The position numbers were made by a program, and so were the translations under genes. 25,501 nucleotides of DNA from a virus. Its lineage: Duplodnaviria; Caudoviricetes. Shown here one piece after another: positions 1 to 8,687 of the stretch (the first letter of the stretch is position 1; every line of letters begins with the position of its first letter). The notes beneath the pieces are model-generated. The model saw nothing but the letters and a program-made list of their open reading frames with translations, searched no databases and was not told the origin of the DNA. The DNA is taken from the IMG/VR virus record IMGVR_UViG_3300032295_002849, positions 1 to 25,501 of that record; one strand, written 5' to 3'.

Positions 1-105
1 AGACCCTGAACTTCCTGAAGAACCTGAACTTCCACTAGAACCCGAAGTCCCTGAAGAACCACTAATCCCGCTTGAGCCTGATGTTCCGCTTGAACCGGAT
101 GTTCC
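1..105 (-). repeat. Gly-X-Ser triplet repeat (GTS/GSS/GIS), 11 full triplets plus GS, truncated by the window edge
   Basis: Translates as GTS GSS GTS GSS GIS GSS GTS GSS GSS GSS GSS GS. Gly falls at every third residue and synonymous codons vary between copies. Confidence 0.9.
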
Positions 106-972
106 ACCGGTAATATTAATTAAGACATTCCCACCTCCATTATTAATAACGGAAGCCCCCGAAAATGTCATACCTGTAACATTTGTTGCCGTCACCCCTG
201 AGGTCGCATCATAAATTGTTAAAGGACTTCCTCCACCTCCTGTGGTGAATCCTGTTACAACAACTGAAGAAGCATCACTATTATTTAATGTAAGTGTCCC
301 CGTTCCACTATTATATGTTCCACCAGTAACCGTTCCATTAAACCCTGATATTGAGATTGTCCCTCCTGTATTATTATATAAATCTAAAGTTGTAATTGCG
401 GAAAAATAAGTTCCTCCTGTTATTTGAACATCACTTCCATAAAATATTCTCCATCTTGCATTAGGTCTTGTAACACCTCCAACTCCTTCAATTGTCGACC
501 CTGTCCAGGCGGCAATCAATGCTTGTCCTGACGCTATCTCAATACCACCAACTCTGTTTAATATTGTATATGAGGTCGATGCTGAAGTTATACAACCATC
601 GGTTGTAGCATTACCCCATAAAGTATCATAATTATCAATTTGATATTGATATGTGGTGTCCGTTTCATGGACATAAACCATCATACCAATCCTTCTTCTA
701 CCTGAAGAAATACCATCAGAATTTAAAGTTATTCTATCACTAATAACCGGTACCGGTCTCTTATAAAATGTTACAGGTATTGTATTTCCAGAGTTTTCAA
801 TATTACCCGTTCCTCCAAATGTTGAGTATTCTAGGTCGCTTAAATTCCAAACTTCCATATATCCCCCAACATTCAAAACACTGAATGTGTTACCCACAGT
901 TGAATCTCGAGATACCCCTATATATCGATTTTCAATGACACCTACTAACGGATTTTGATAATTAAAACTCAT
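1..972 (-). CDS. Putative tail fibre/virion appendage protein with collagen-like Gly-Ser-Ser repeat; 3' end runs off the window (>=324 aa)
   Basis: Absent from the ORF track because it has no stop in the window. Translated by hand from ATG at 972, with no stop down to base 1: MSFNYQNPLVGVIENRYIGVSRDSTVGNTF...SGRRRIGMMVYVHETDTTYQYQIDNY...NITGGTSGSSGTSGSSGISGSS.... It starts 15 nt after the stop of the upstream gene. Function is inferred from composition and context. Confidence 0.8.
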   Translation of the reverse strand, partial: MSFNYQNPLVGVIENRYIGVSRDSTVGNTFSVLNVGGYMEVWNLSDLEYSTFGGTGNIENSGNTIPVTFYKRPVPVISDRITLNSDGISSGRRRIGMMVYVHETDTTYQYQIDNYDTLWGNATTDGCITSASTSYTILNRVGGIEIASGQALIAAWTGSTIEGVGGVTRPNARWRIFYGSDVQITGGTYFSAITTLDLYNNTGGTISISGFNGTVTGGTYNSGTGTLTLNNSDASSVVVTGFTTGGGGSPLTIYDATSGVTATNVTGMTFSGASVINNGGGNVLINITGGTSGSSGTSGSSGISGSSGTSGSSGSSGSSGSSGS

Positions 973-987
973 ATTCTATTTATTTTT

Positions 988-2187
988 TTATATTAATGTT
1001 CCTCCTCTAAAATAATTATTTGTTGAATCTATAACTCCCGCAGAACCTGTATTGAATCCATTACCTACCGCAGATTGTGTGTAAACTCTGTAAGCCCCAT
1101 TAATCCAATTAATTCCTGGATAACCAATATTATATACATAAACCGTAGGTTCCGTTGAAGTATTAACTAATGTTGTTGGCGCATTTGCATAATTAATCCC
1201 AATACTTGAATAGACTTTATTATTAGTTTTGATTGGTGGTGCGAAAATACTATACCAAACATTACCTGTAGTTGTATTTGCCGCAACCTCTGTGGTAAAG
1301 AACTTATAAGCTTCGATTGAATTTCCATAACTATCAAATCCTCCTGATGTTTGAGGTATTTCTATCTCAATAACTGCAGGGACATTAGTAGTGCCATTTT
1401 TAAATCCTGGCCAATCCATATATATTAGTAAGTCCGTAGCGTTAATACCTGCAATACCACTTGTCCAAAATCCGTACCATGAAGTTGCGTTTGCTATCAT
1501 ATAACTACCCAAATCAGTATTCGGATTTCCTGCAAATAGAACATCATCTGTTGACTCCATAAATAACAATGCCTTAATTGGTGATGGAGTTGAAGTTGGT
1601 GTTTTTGTTGGTGTTGGCGTTTGTGTTTGAGTATTAGTTGGTGTCGTTGTAGGAGTTGTTGTAATTGTTGGCGTAATTGTTGGTGTCGTTGTAGGAGTTG
1701 TTGTAATTGTCGGTGTAATTGTTGGAGTTGTTGTAATTGTTGGTGTTGGGCTAGGAGACAGTCCAGGTGTTGCAGTTGGTGTTGGCGTTGGTGTCGTTGT
1801 AGGAGTTGTAGTATTAGTTGGTGTCGTTGTAGGAGTTGTAGTATTAGTTGGTGTCGTTGTAGGAGTTGTTGTAATTGTTGGTGTTGGGCTAGGTGATAAT
1901 CCAGGAGTTAGAGTTGGTGTTTGTGTAATCGTTGGTGTTGGTGTTGGTGTTGGACCACTACATGGAATTCTCTCAAACATTTCGCATCCGTTAGCATCAA
2001 CTAACTTTAATAATATTTCAGGTGCGGTATCAAATATAGGCGGAATAATTGTGGTGTAGTATACTGTAGGTGGGACAGGCGTCGTAATTCCAGTTAAGTA
2101 ATATTCGTTATTACCATAAACATCTGAGATAAAAACATCAATTGGATAAGTCCCTCCTGAAATATTTGTTATTTGTATTTGTACCAT
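988..2187 (-). CDS. Two-domain putative virion/tail-associated protein with a long Pro/Thr linker (399 aa)
   Basis: ATG to TAA. A ~77-aa N-terminal domain ends LVDANGCEMFERIPC, then comes a ~125-aa PT-rich linker and a ~195-aa aromatic/Asn/Thr-rich C-terminal domain. Function is inferred from context only. Confidence 0.75.
   Translation of the reverse strand: MVQIQITNISGGTYPIDVFISDVYGNNEYYLTGITTPVPPTVYYTTIIPPIFDTAPEILLKLVDANGCEMFERIPCSGPTPTPTPTITQTPTLTPGLSPSPTPTITTTPTTTPTNTTTPTTTPTNTTTPTTTPTPTPTATPGLSPSPTPTITTTPTITPTITTTPTTTPTITPTITTTPTTTPTNTQTQTPTPTKTPTSTPSPIKALLFMESTDDVLFAGNPNTDLGSYMIANATSWYGFWTSGIAGINATDLLIYMDWPGFKNGTTNVPAVIEIEIPQTSGGFDSYGNSIEAYKFFTTEVAANTTTGNVWYSIFAPPIKTNNKVYSSIGINYANAPTTLVNTSTEPTVYVYNIGYPGINWINGAYRVYTQSAVGNGFNTGSAGVIDSTNNYFRGGTLI
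1579..1953 (-). repeat. Pro/Thr low-complexity coding repeat
   Basis: Encodes (PTITTT/PTTT/PTNTTT)n, with PGLSPSPTPTITTTPT present twice. Contains an exact 30-bp tandem duplication, aggagttgtagtattagttggtgtcgttgt, at 1801-1860. Confidence 0.9.
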
Positions 2188-2191
2188 TAAC

Positions 2192-2199
2192 TATAAATA
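2192..2199 (-). promoter_or_regulatory. TATTTATA motif (candidate phage late promoter element)
   Basis: Minus strand reads GTATTTATAG-TTA-ATG, so the motif ends 4 nt before the ATG at 2187. The same 8-mer occurs in all four intergenic gaps longer than 50 bp. Confidence 0.6.
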
Positions 2200-2202
2200 C
2201 AT

Positions 2203-2253
2203 TAATGTTATATTATTTGTTAGAAAATCTACAACAAATACCATAACACATTA
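2203..2253 (-). other. Imperfect AT-rich inverted repeat (hairpin) filling the intergenic gap
   Basis: Plus-strand pairings: TAGA(2221-24)/TCTA(2228-31), TATTTGT(2214-20)/ACAAATA(2234-40), TGTTAT(2206-11)/ATAACA(2243-48), TAA(2203-05)/TTA(2251-53). No following U-tract. Confidence 0.5.
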
Positions 2254-2258
2254 TTCCT

Positions 2259-4742
2259 TTAACACTGCGTAAATGAAATAATATTCCCATTTAAGTCTGT
2301 TATGATGGTATACCTAACACCATTAATTCCAAAAACTGAATCTGAATTAATAGAAGTTACTATGACGGGATTTGACAAATTTACATCATAATACAATTGT
2401 AATCCAAGTGACATTATATTTGAACTACTATAAACAACACTCACCGGATTAACTAGTTGTAAACATCCCAATCCAGAAGTAGAAATACCGTATGTCTGCC
2501 AAGTAAATACATTTGGCCCGCTATTTGTTGTCGTTGGTGTAGGTGTTAATGTAGGCGTAGGTGTAGGTGTTAATGTAGGCGTAGGTGTAGGTGTTTTTGT
2601 TGGTGTCGGTGACGGTAGTTGACATGATAAACACATAATATCATAAACAATCACTACTTCAACAATTATCTCTTCACCATTTAAGGTTTCATCGCCAGGT
2701 ATTGTGTTAATTTTTATTTGATTATTAATAGGGTTAATTTCAACCCCACCTACTCCCGGCACAGTTAATAATAAATCTTTAAGGGTATTATAATAAAGAT
2801 TATCACTTGGAATTGAAGTTAATGTTGTTCCTGTATAAAAATTTTCACTAGTTGTAAATCCTGACGGATTAACAGAAATTTTAATTCCAAAAATTGCAGA
2901 CAGTAAACGACAATCAACCATACCGGAAGTTAAATCATTAAACCCTTCATTTAACATTTGAAGTAGTCCAAATTTTGTCTGTGTTTGGAGTGTAAACTCT
3001 TCTCCACCCATGACATATGTTTGATATGAGACATATGCCGCGTCACAATCAATACTTTGAGTTCTTTCTAAAGTACAACCATTACTATCGGTAACTGTCA
3101 CACTATAAGTTCCGGCACTTAATCCATATACTTCAATTTCTTGTGGATTATTTGGTACATTGTTTGACCAATTAAATGTAAATGGCGGGATTCCTGATGA
3201 AATTAAAGTGGTTAAAGAACCATCGGAACCTTCACCACAACTTGTTGCATATAATGTAAACCTTAAAGGTTCACTTTCTTCAATATAAACTTGTTTTGTT
3301 TGTTCACATCCATCAGCATCTATGACAGACACCGTATGTTGTCCTGAAGAGACATTAGTAAATGTCGCATTATCAGATGGATTATCTAAAAAATATGTCA
3401 CACCATCCAAACTATAATCGTATGGTGCGGTTCCTCCATTTGTTTTTGTTACCTTGATAACCCCATTATTTTGATTACATGTAGTTCCTGTAGTTTGAGT
3501 TGAAATAGTATAAGTATCTGTTGCAACTAATGCTATAACTTGACTAAATGAACAATTTGAGTCATCTTGAACCATGACGGTATAAGTACCTGAAGATAAC
3601 CCATTAAATTTAAAACTTGTATCAGTACTACTCACATTACTCATGTTACCTCCTGGTCTTATTAATGTATAAGTGTATGGAGTAACCCCTCCAACAACTG
3701 AAACAGTTATTGACCCGTTAGTACTTGAGCAAGTTGAACCTTGACTTGAGGTTGTTACGGATGCTAAACCTAATGGTGGTATTAGTGTTGTTGATACAAT
3801 GATGTTACAAAATGCCGAATCTGTAACAGAAATTGTGTAAGTATCAGGAGATAATCCGTATAATGTCCAACTTTTACTATATAGTATATCAACATTTCCT
3901 GTCGATGCTGAATAATAATAAGGTGCGGTTCCACCTGTAATCTGTAAGGTTAATACACCATCACTAGAAAAACAAGTTGGTTGTGTTGCGGTAAATACTC
4001 CAAATCCAAGCACATCAACATTAGTTACCGTTGTACCTTGGGACACTGAACATCCCAAGCTATCTGTAACTAAAACAGAATAATTTCCGGCACTTAATCC
4101 TGTAATACTACTTGTAGTTTCACCATTATTCCACAAATATGTGTATGGTGATAACCCTGTTTGCCCTGTAACAATAACTTTACCAATAGGTGTCCCACCA
4201 CAACTTGAATTTGGAACTGTATATAACCCAAATGTAAATGGTTCACTATTTTCAATTATAAAATTTTGGCTTTGTCCTGTACACCCACCTAAATCTTCCG
4301 CAACCATATAATATGTGCCGGCACTCAGACCATTAAATATTGCAATAGAACTATTGGTATTTAATGAATCTATATTCTGACCATCCGAAGAATATAAATA
4401 AAAGTTTGTTGATGAATAATTAGAAGACGATGTTCCAGTTACTGAACCATTATCTTGAGAACAAGTTGTCCCTTGAACTCCCAATATGTTACAACATACT
4501 CCTGAAGAAACCGGAATACTGGTTAGTATTACATTAGAGGGTTGTGCACTATCGGTAATTAAAACAACATAAGTACCCGCACTTAAATTTGTTCGAGTTG
4601 AAGCGGTAACGTTTATGTCAGTCCCTAGACTTGGCACATCCCATTGTATGTTATATGGGGAGTTAGCGTTATATGGTTCTATGTAAATAGCACCTGAATT
4701 TGTATTTTGACAATCCCCTGTTATCGATAAATTATAATTCAT
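2259..4742 (-). CDS. SprB-repeat-containing protein, putative tail-associated adhesin (827 aa)
   Basis: About seven ~80-aa repeats with pattern C..xxG.I.V...GG..PY.Y.W/L....F.GLSAG.Y.V.V.D.xxC, as in Bacteroidota SprB adhesin repeats. These are followed by a ~140-aa domain, a PT linker and an ~85-aa C-terminal domain. No signal peptide is visible. Confidence 0.8.
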   Translation of the reverse strand: MNYNLSITGDCQNTNSGAIYIEPYNANSPYNIQWDVPSLGTDINVTASTRTNLSAGTYVVLITDSAQPSNVILTSIPVSSGVCCNILGVQGTTCSQDNGSVTGTSSSNYSSTNFYLYSSDGQNIDSLNTNSSIAIFNGLSAGTYYMVAEDLGGCTGQSQNFIIENSEPFTFGLYTVPNSSCGGTPIGKVIVTGQTGLSPYTYLWNNGETTSSITGLSAGNYSVLVTDSLGCSVSQGTTVTNVDVLGFGVFTATQPTCFSSDGVLTLQITGGTAPYYYSASTGNVDILYSKSWTLYGLSPDTYTISVTDSAFCNIIVSTTLIPPLGLASVTTSSQGSTCSSTNGSITVSVVGGVTPYTYTLIRPGGNMSNVSSTDTSFKFNGLSSGTYTVMVQDDSNCSFSQVIALVATDTYTISTQTTGTTCNQNNGVIKVTKTNGGTAPYDYSLDGVTYFLDNPSDNATFTNVSSGQHTVSVIDADGCEQTKQVYIEESEPLRFTLYATSCGEGSDGSLTTLISSGIPPFTFNWSNNVPNNPQEIEVYGLSAGTYSVTVTDSNGCTLERTQSIDCDAAYVSYQTYVMGGEEFTLQTQTKFGLLQMLNEGFNDLTSGMVDCRLLSAIFGIKISVNPSGFTTSENFYTGTTLTSIPSDNLYYNTLKDLLLTVPGVGGVEINPINNQIKINTIPGDETLNGEEIIVEVVIVYDIMCLSCQLPSPTPTKTPTPTPTLTPTPTPTLTPTPTTTNSGPNVFTWQTYGISTSGLGCLQLVNPVSVVYSSSNIMSLGLQLYYDVNLSNPVIVTSINSDSVFGINGVRYTIITDLNGNIISFTQC
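2526..2615 (-). repeat. Short Pro/Thr linker repeat
   Basis: Encodes PSPTPTKTPTPTPTLTPTPTPTLTPTPTTT and includes a duplicated 24-bp unit, gtaggtgttaatgtaggcgtaggt. Confidence 0.85.
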
Positions 4743-7726
4743 TAGTCTCTACAATTAATTTTAATATTTATTCCAACATTTAACACCACATCACTTAAAG
4801 TTTCTACTCCATCTAAACAAGACATATTACTAATTGTTAAAGTCTGAAAATTTAAATTATAGGTATAACCATAATTGTACAATTCAGGTAAATATTCACC
4901 TAATTTAAGTCTCCACAATTCCTCGCTTGGAGCGTCATCAATACCAACTCCATTATAAAAAGGAACTTTAATTATCTGTTTATCATTTATTTTTAAATCA
5001 ATAAACCATTGAGTTGACACGGAATCTGCAAAACAATCTCCAAGTGTTAAGTCAGGTGATAACATATTATTAATTCTATTATAAAGAATCATCTTCATAT
5101 TATCAACAGCAAAATCACCATTTCTCCACGGATAAATATAGAATTGAGAGTATTCAGAATTACAAACATATTTAAATATGTCTGTAATTATATAACATGA
5201 GTTCACAGGAACAGGTATGAATTGACATCCTCTTTGTCTTCGATATACAAATTTTTGTTTATGAAATATTGAATTTTCTAATCTAACACCCCCGTTCCAA
5301 ATGGTTGTCGCAGGAATCATTTGTTCAACTAATTTTAACCAATAAGGTCCAATTCCATCAACATAATCGATTAGTTTTTGATAAGTATATTTATTATTCG
5401 GTATCCCAACCGTTTGTTCAGATTCAAGATATTTCCAAAAAATTGATTGAAGTGTTGGGTATCCTCCAGTCTTTCCATCTGAAATATATTGCCTATTCCT
5501 TGTATTAATCATATTTTCCCAAAATGTTTGAGAAAATTCAAAAAAAGTTTTTTTCTTTGGCTCAGGATTAACAAAAGTTGAGTCAACCCCTCCCGGAACA
5601 GGGTAATTAACTGTTAAACCACTTTCAGGTATTGGATAGTCATATTGTACCGATTGATTCCAAACATCATAAACTAACCCTTGGGCCGGATTTAAAAATA
5701 TGTCAACATTCTTAACATTCAATACAAATTTTTCATTATCAATAAAATAATACGCATTATACTCTCCTTGGGTGGAGATTCTCAATTTGTCATCATTACT
5801 TAACCATGATTTATTATTATCAACTATTTTTTGTAATTTAAACCCTTCATTCATATACGGAAAATTCCTGTATCGATTAAGATAAGTTTGACCATATGTG
5901 AATGGAGCCAATTGGGTTTGAATATTAAAATTTTGACCTGTGAAGACATCACCAGTTATTTGGACCTCATCAGGACTTCTATGTTGAGGTGTTGTTTCAT
6001 ACCATCCTGAACCTATTTGAAAGAAGTAATTTTCAGTATTTCTAGGTGCTTTAGGAAACCCAAAACTATCCATAGGATATTCATTTAAGGTAATTGCAAC
6101 ATCTTCATAGGTCGCATTTGAAGTGAATGCGGTGTATAAATTCCCTTTAATTTTATAAGTTTGATTTGCTAAATAAGACGGTACTTCATTAACATAAGTC
6201 CCTCCTGAAATGGATGCCCATTGTTCACTAAATTGTTCAAGATTAATTCTTTGGTCCGCCAAATAGATGTATTCATTATATTGAATTAACGAATCAGGTG
6301 CACCAATTAATCTTAATAAAAATTCGACAGACCTTCTTGTCCCTTTTGATTTAAACAAATATGAGGCATTTAGAATTAAATTTCTATAATACGCATAATT
6401 TAACTCGGTTGGTGTAAGTGCCCTAGCATAACCAGGGTATGTCGGAGTTGAAGTATTTCCAAACACAGAACTTAAAAAATCATCATTTGTTATTGGAGAA
6501 AAATTTGATGACCATCCTAATGTTCTTGACAAGTTAACTAACAATTCTGACGGAATATCATTTGATGGACTATAGTTAACGGAATTCATATAAGCTAATC
6601 CATCTATAAATTGTTTGACTTGGTCAAAACTTCTACCGTATATTTGAAATATTTTTTCAACTTTCTGTCCTAAAGTATCAAACTCTTTTAAAGAGTCTGT
6701 TATCAAAAATCTAGATATTAAATTGGTTTTAAACGAATCTAAATTTACCGCAATCTCTTGAATTTTTTCCAAATATTTGTCAAATGAATTTGAACGAATA
6801 TCTAAATTCCAAGGACCTAGTTTTGGCCAAGTTACTTGTTGGTATTCCGTATATGTTTGTCCATATTCATTTTGTTGTGGAACTTGAAATACCGCAGTAT
6901 ATTCAGGTCTAACCAATCTATTTACTAAAAACTTTTCAATTTCATCAAAGTTTTCTTGGAAAGTTTTATCAACAATTAAATCATTTGGTCTAATTTGATA
7001 TTCATCTTCAATTGTTGTTGCGGTTATCCCAAATGGAGTTCCGGACACAGAAAATTCCAAATATCCACTTGATAGTGTGTCCGATGGCGTAAAACCTATT
7101 ACTTGATAAATGTTATTATTAATACTTACACAATAATCTAAATAAGTATTATATAGGTTTCTATATTTTGACACTTCAATCTCTCTTACAGACAAATTAT
7201 TTGTTGCATTTAAGGAATAATCTATGTCAAATGGATTATCGATTCTATCAACATTCACTTTAAAAGATGTTTCATCTTCTTGTGGGTCATAAATAATATC
7301 ATAAGCGGTGAATCCGGTAACAAATTGTTGATTGTTAAATCGAATATCTAATGAAGCCGGGAAATAATTTATTATTTTTGTAATTGAAACACTAAATCTT
7401 TTAGATAAAGAACCATACATTGAGAAATTAAGAACTTGGGATATGTCATAGTTCGGATAAACCTTAAATTGAGTTGCAATAATTTCCCTACTTTGAGATA
7501 AATCTTCGATACCCATCATGTCTAAAGACATTGGTTCTGAAAATGCTCCGACATTGAAAGTTCTGTTAACTTTCTCGACGACTCCTGTTGTAAATTCAAA
7601 GTTACCCTGCGTAAGACCTCCTCCCTCAACAGTTTGTAAACCTACAATGTTGTCTGAGAAAGTCCCCGCCCCGTTACCAGGTCTTGGAGGATAAAAGTAT
7701 TTTGTGTTCTTAATCTCTACTGCCAT
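4742..7726 (-). CDS. Putative baseplate wedge protein, T4 gp7/P2 gpI-like core (994 aa)
   Basis: DIPSELLVNLSRTLGW followed by YLFKSKGTRRSVEFLLRLIG (~6302-6560) resembles the conserved 'KGT' core of gp7/gpI-type wedge proteins. It lies in the same block as the gp25- and gp6-like genes and has TAATG overlaps at both ends. The CDS is certain; the family call is from motif recognition. Confidence 0.6.
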   Translation of the reverse strand: MAVEIKNTKYFYPPRPGNGAGTFSDNIVGLQTVEGGGLTQGNFEFTTGVVEKVNRTFNVGAFSEPMSLDMMGIEDLSQSREIIATQFKVYPNYDISQVLNFSMYGSLSKRFSVSITKIINYFPASLDIRFNNQQFVTGFTAYDIIYDPQEDETSFKVNVDRIDNPFDIDYSLNATNNLSVREIEVSKYRNLYNTYLDYCVSINNNIYQVIGFTPSDTLSSGYLEFSVSGTPFGITATTIEDEYQIRPNDLIVDKTFQENFDEIEKFLVNRLVRPEYTAVFQVPQQNEYGQTYTEYQQVTWPKLGPWNLDIRSNSFDKYLEKIQEIAVNLDSFKTNLISRFLITDSLKEFDTLGQKVEKIFQIYGRSFDQVKQFIDGLAYMNSVNYSPSNDIPSELLVNLSRTLGWSSNFSPITNDDFLSSVFGNTSTPTYPGYARALTPTELNYAYYRNLILNASYLFKSKGTRRSVEFLLRLIGAPDSLIQYNEYIYLADQRINLEQFSEQWASISGGTYVNEVPSYLANQTYKIKGNLYTAFTSNATYEDVAITLNEYPMDSFGFPKAPRNTENYFFQIGSGWYETTPQHRSPDEVQITGDVFTGQNFNIQTQLAPFTYGQTYLNRYRNFPYMNEGFKLQKIVDNNKSWLSNDDKLRISTQGEYNAYYFIDNEKFVLNVKNVDIFLNPAQGLVYDVWNQSVQYDYPIPESGLTVNYPVPGGVDSTFVNPEPKKKTFFEFSQTFWENMINTRNRQYISDGKTGGYPTLQSIFWKYLESEQTVGIPNNKYTYQKLIDYVDGIGPYWLKLVEQMIPATTIWNGGVRLENSIFHKQKFVYRRQRGCQFIPVPVNSCYIITDIFKYVCNSEYSQFYIYPWRNGDFAVDNMKMILYNRINNMLSPDLTLGDCFADSVSTQWFIDLKINDKQIIKVPFYNGVGIDDAPSEELWRLKLGEYLPELYNYGYTYNLNFQTLTISNMSCLDGVETLSDVVLNVGINIKINCRD

Positions 7727-8634
7727 TAACTTGTAATTGTTGTGAAGTTTTTACTAAAATCAATATTATTACCTCTACTTTGTCTAACCTCGTAAAGAAG
7801 AGCGTTAAATTGGTCTCTGATTTCATATAAGTTGTATTGTCTGTATATGTTATTTTCAGAGTCGTAGATTGTGTAGATACCATCATCAATCGATTTGGTT
7901 TGGTTACCATAAAGAGCGATTGCAAGAGATGATATATCGTATTCAACCATTTCAATTTCCAAAGTAACTGGATTAAAAAATGTATTGGTAATGATTATAT
8001 TTTGATTTGGCTGACCAATAAATGGAGTTGCGTTAGGTTTATTGGTAGGTGAAGATGATGGTGATAAGGTTAGGAATATTAAATTTGAAGTACCTTCAAC
8101 ATAACGATATCTAATTGATTTTTGAGTTGTATTAACTTCATTAGTTACTACAGGTTCACAAAAGAATGATGATGTGATAACTCTAAAAAAATTAGGTATT
8201 TTTGAACCATCCGGATTTAAATATTCAACTCTAAAACCGACTAATCCTTGTGGAACAAATTTATTTCGATATTGTGCAGGGACATTAGAAACATCAATTA
8301 TAATTCCTTTTACATTTGGTAGGGCGCTTAATACTCCACAATCTGTAATTCTAGTTCTAATTTGTGCAGGTCTCAAGTAAAGAGTATATATACCAATCTC
8401 ATTAAATTGTTCTGCAGGTAATGTTAAATTGTATAACCCTCCTAAAACCTCAACATTGGCATTCCCACCTGTTTGAGAATTATTAAAGTAAGGTTTTAAT
8501 AATGTTTGGGCATCAAGTTCAGTTAATATAAAATTATCTGTAACATCTCTTGAAGGCGTATAGTTCATTATAATTTGAACATCTTCAGGTGAAACATCCG
8601 AAGGTCTAATCGTACCGTAAGCTCCTATACTCAT
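7726..8634 (-). CDS. Hypothetical protein, probably a baseplate/tail structural component (302 aa)
   Basis: ATG to TAA, with a 1-nt TAATG overlap onto the gp7-like gene. No recognised motif. Confidence 0.7.
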   Translation of the reverse strand: MSIGAYGTIRPSDVSPEDVQIIMNYTPSRDVTDNFILTELDAQTLLKPYFNNSQTGGNANVEVLGGLYNLTLPAEQFNEIGIYTLYLRPAQIRTRITDCGVLSALPNVKGIIIDVSNVPAQYRNKFVPQGLVGFRVEYLNPDGSKIPNFFRVITSSFFCEPVVTNEVNTTQKSIRYRYVEGTSNLIFLTLSPSSSPTNKPNATPFIGQPNQNIIITNTFFNPVTLEIEMVEYDISSLAIALYGNQTKSIDDGIYTIYDSENNIYRQYNLYEIRDQFNALLYEVRQSRGNNIDFSKNFTTITS

Positions 8635-8672
8635 ATGTTATTGTTTTTGTTTATTTTATTATTGTTTTCCAT
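8631..8672 (-). CDS. Possible 13-aa leader mini-ORF MENNNKINKNNNI
   Basis: Its ATG is 3 nt after the TATTTATA motif, and its TGA overlaps the next gene's ATG (ATGA). Could be chance. Confidence 0.25.
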   Translation of the reverse strand: MENNNKINKNNNI

Positions 8673-8675
8673 ATC

Positions 8676-8683
8676 TATAAATA
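8676..8683 (-). promoter_or_regulatory. TATTTATA motif (candidate phage late promoter element)
   Basis: Minus-strand GTATTTATAG is the same 10-mer as the copy at 2191-2200. It lies 4 nt after the upstream stop codon. Confidence 0.6.
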
Positions 8684-8687
8684 CTAT

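Noticed and set aside
1621-1896. Plus-strand 91-aa Cys/Trp/Arg-rich ORF resembling a metallothionein-like peptide
   Set aside because: It is the antisense shadow of the Pro/Thr repeat, has a TTG start, and has no independent support.
1579-1953. CRISPR-like 30-bp direct repeats
   Set aside because: The repeats are contiguous with no unique spacers, and they are in-frame coding sequence.
2188-2251. Mini-ORFs in the 2188-2258 gap: MCYGICCRFSNK after AAAGGA, and a 17-aa ORF in frame with the 399-aa gene but separated from it by a TAG
   Set aside because: They overlap the hairpin, and the TAG is simply part of the TATTTATAG motif. Short ORFs like these are expected by chance.
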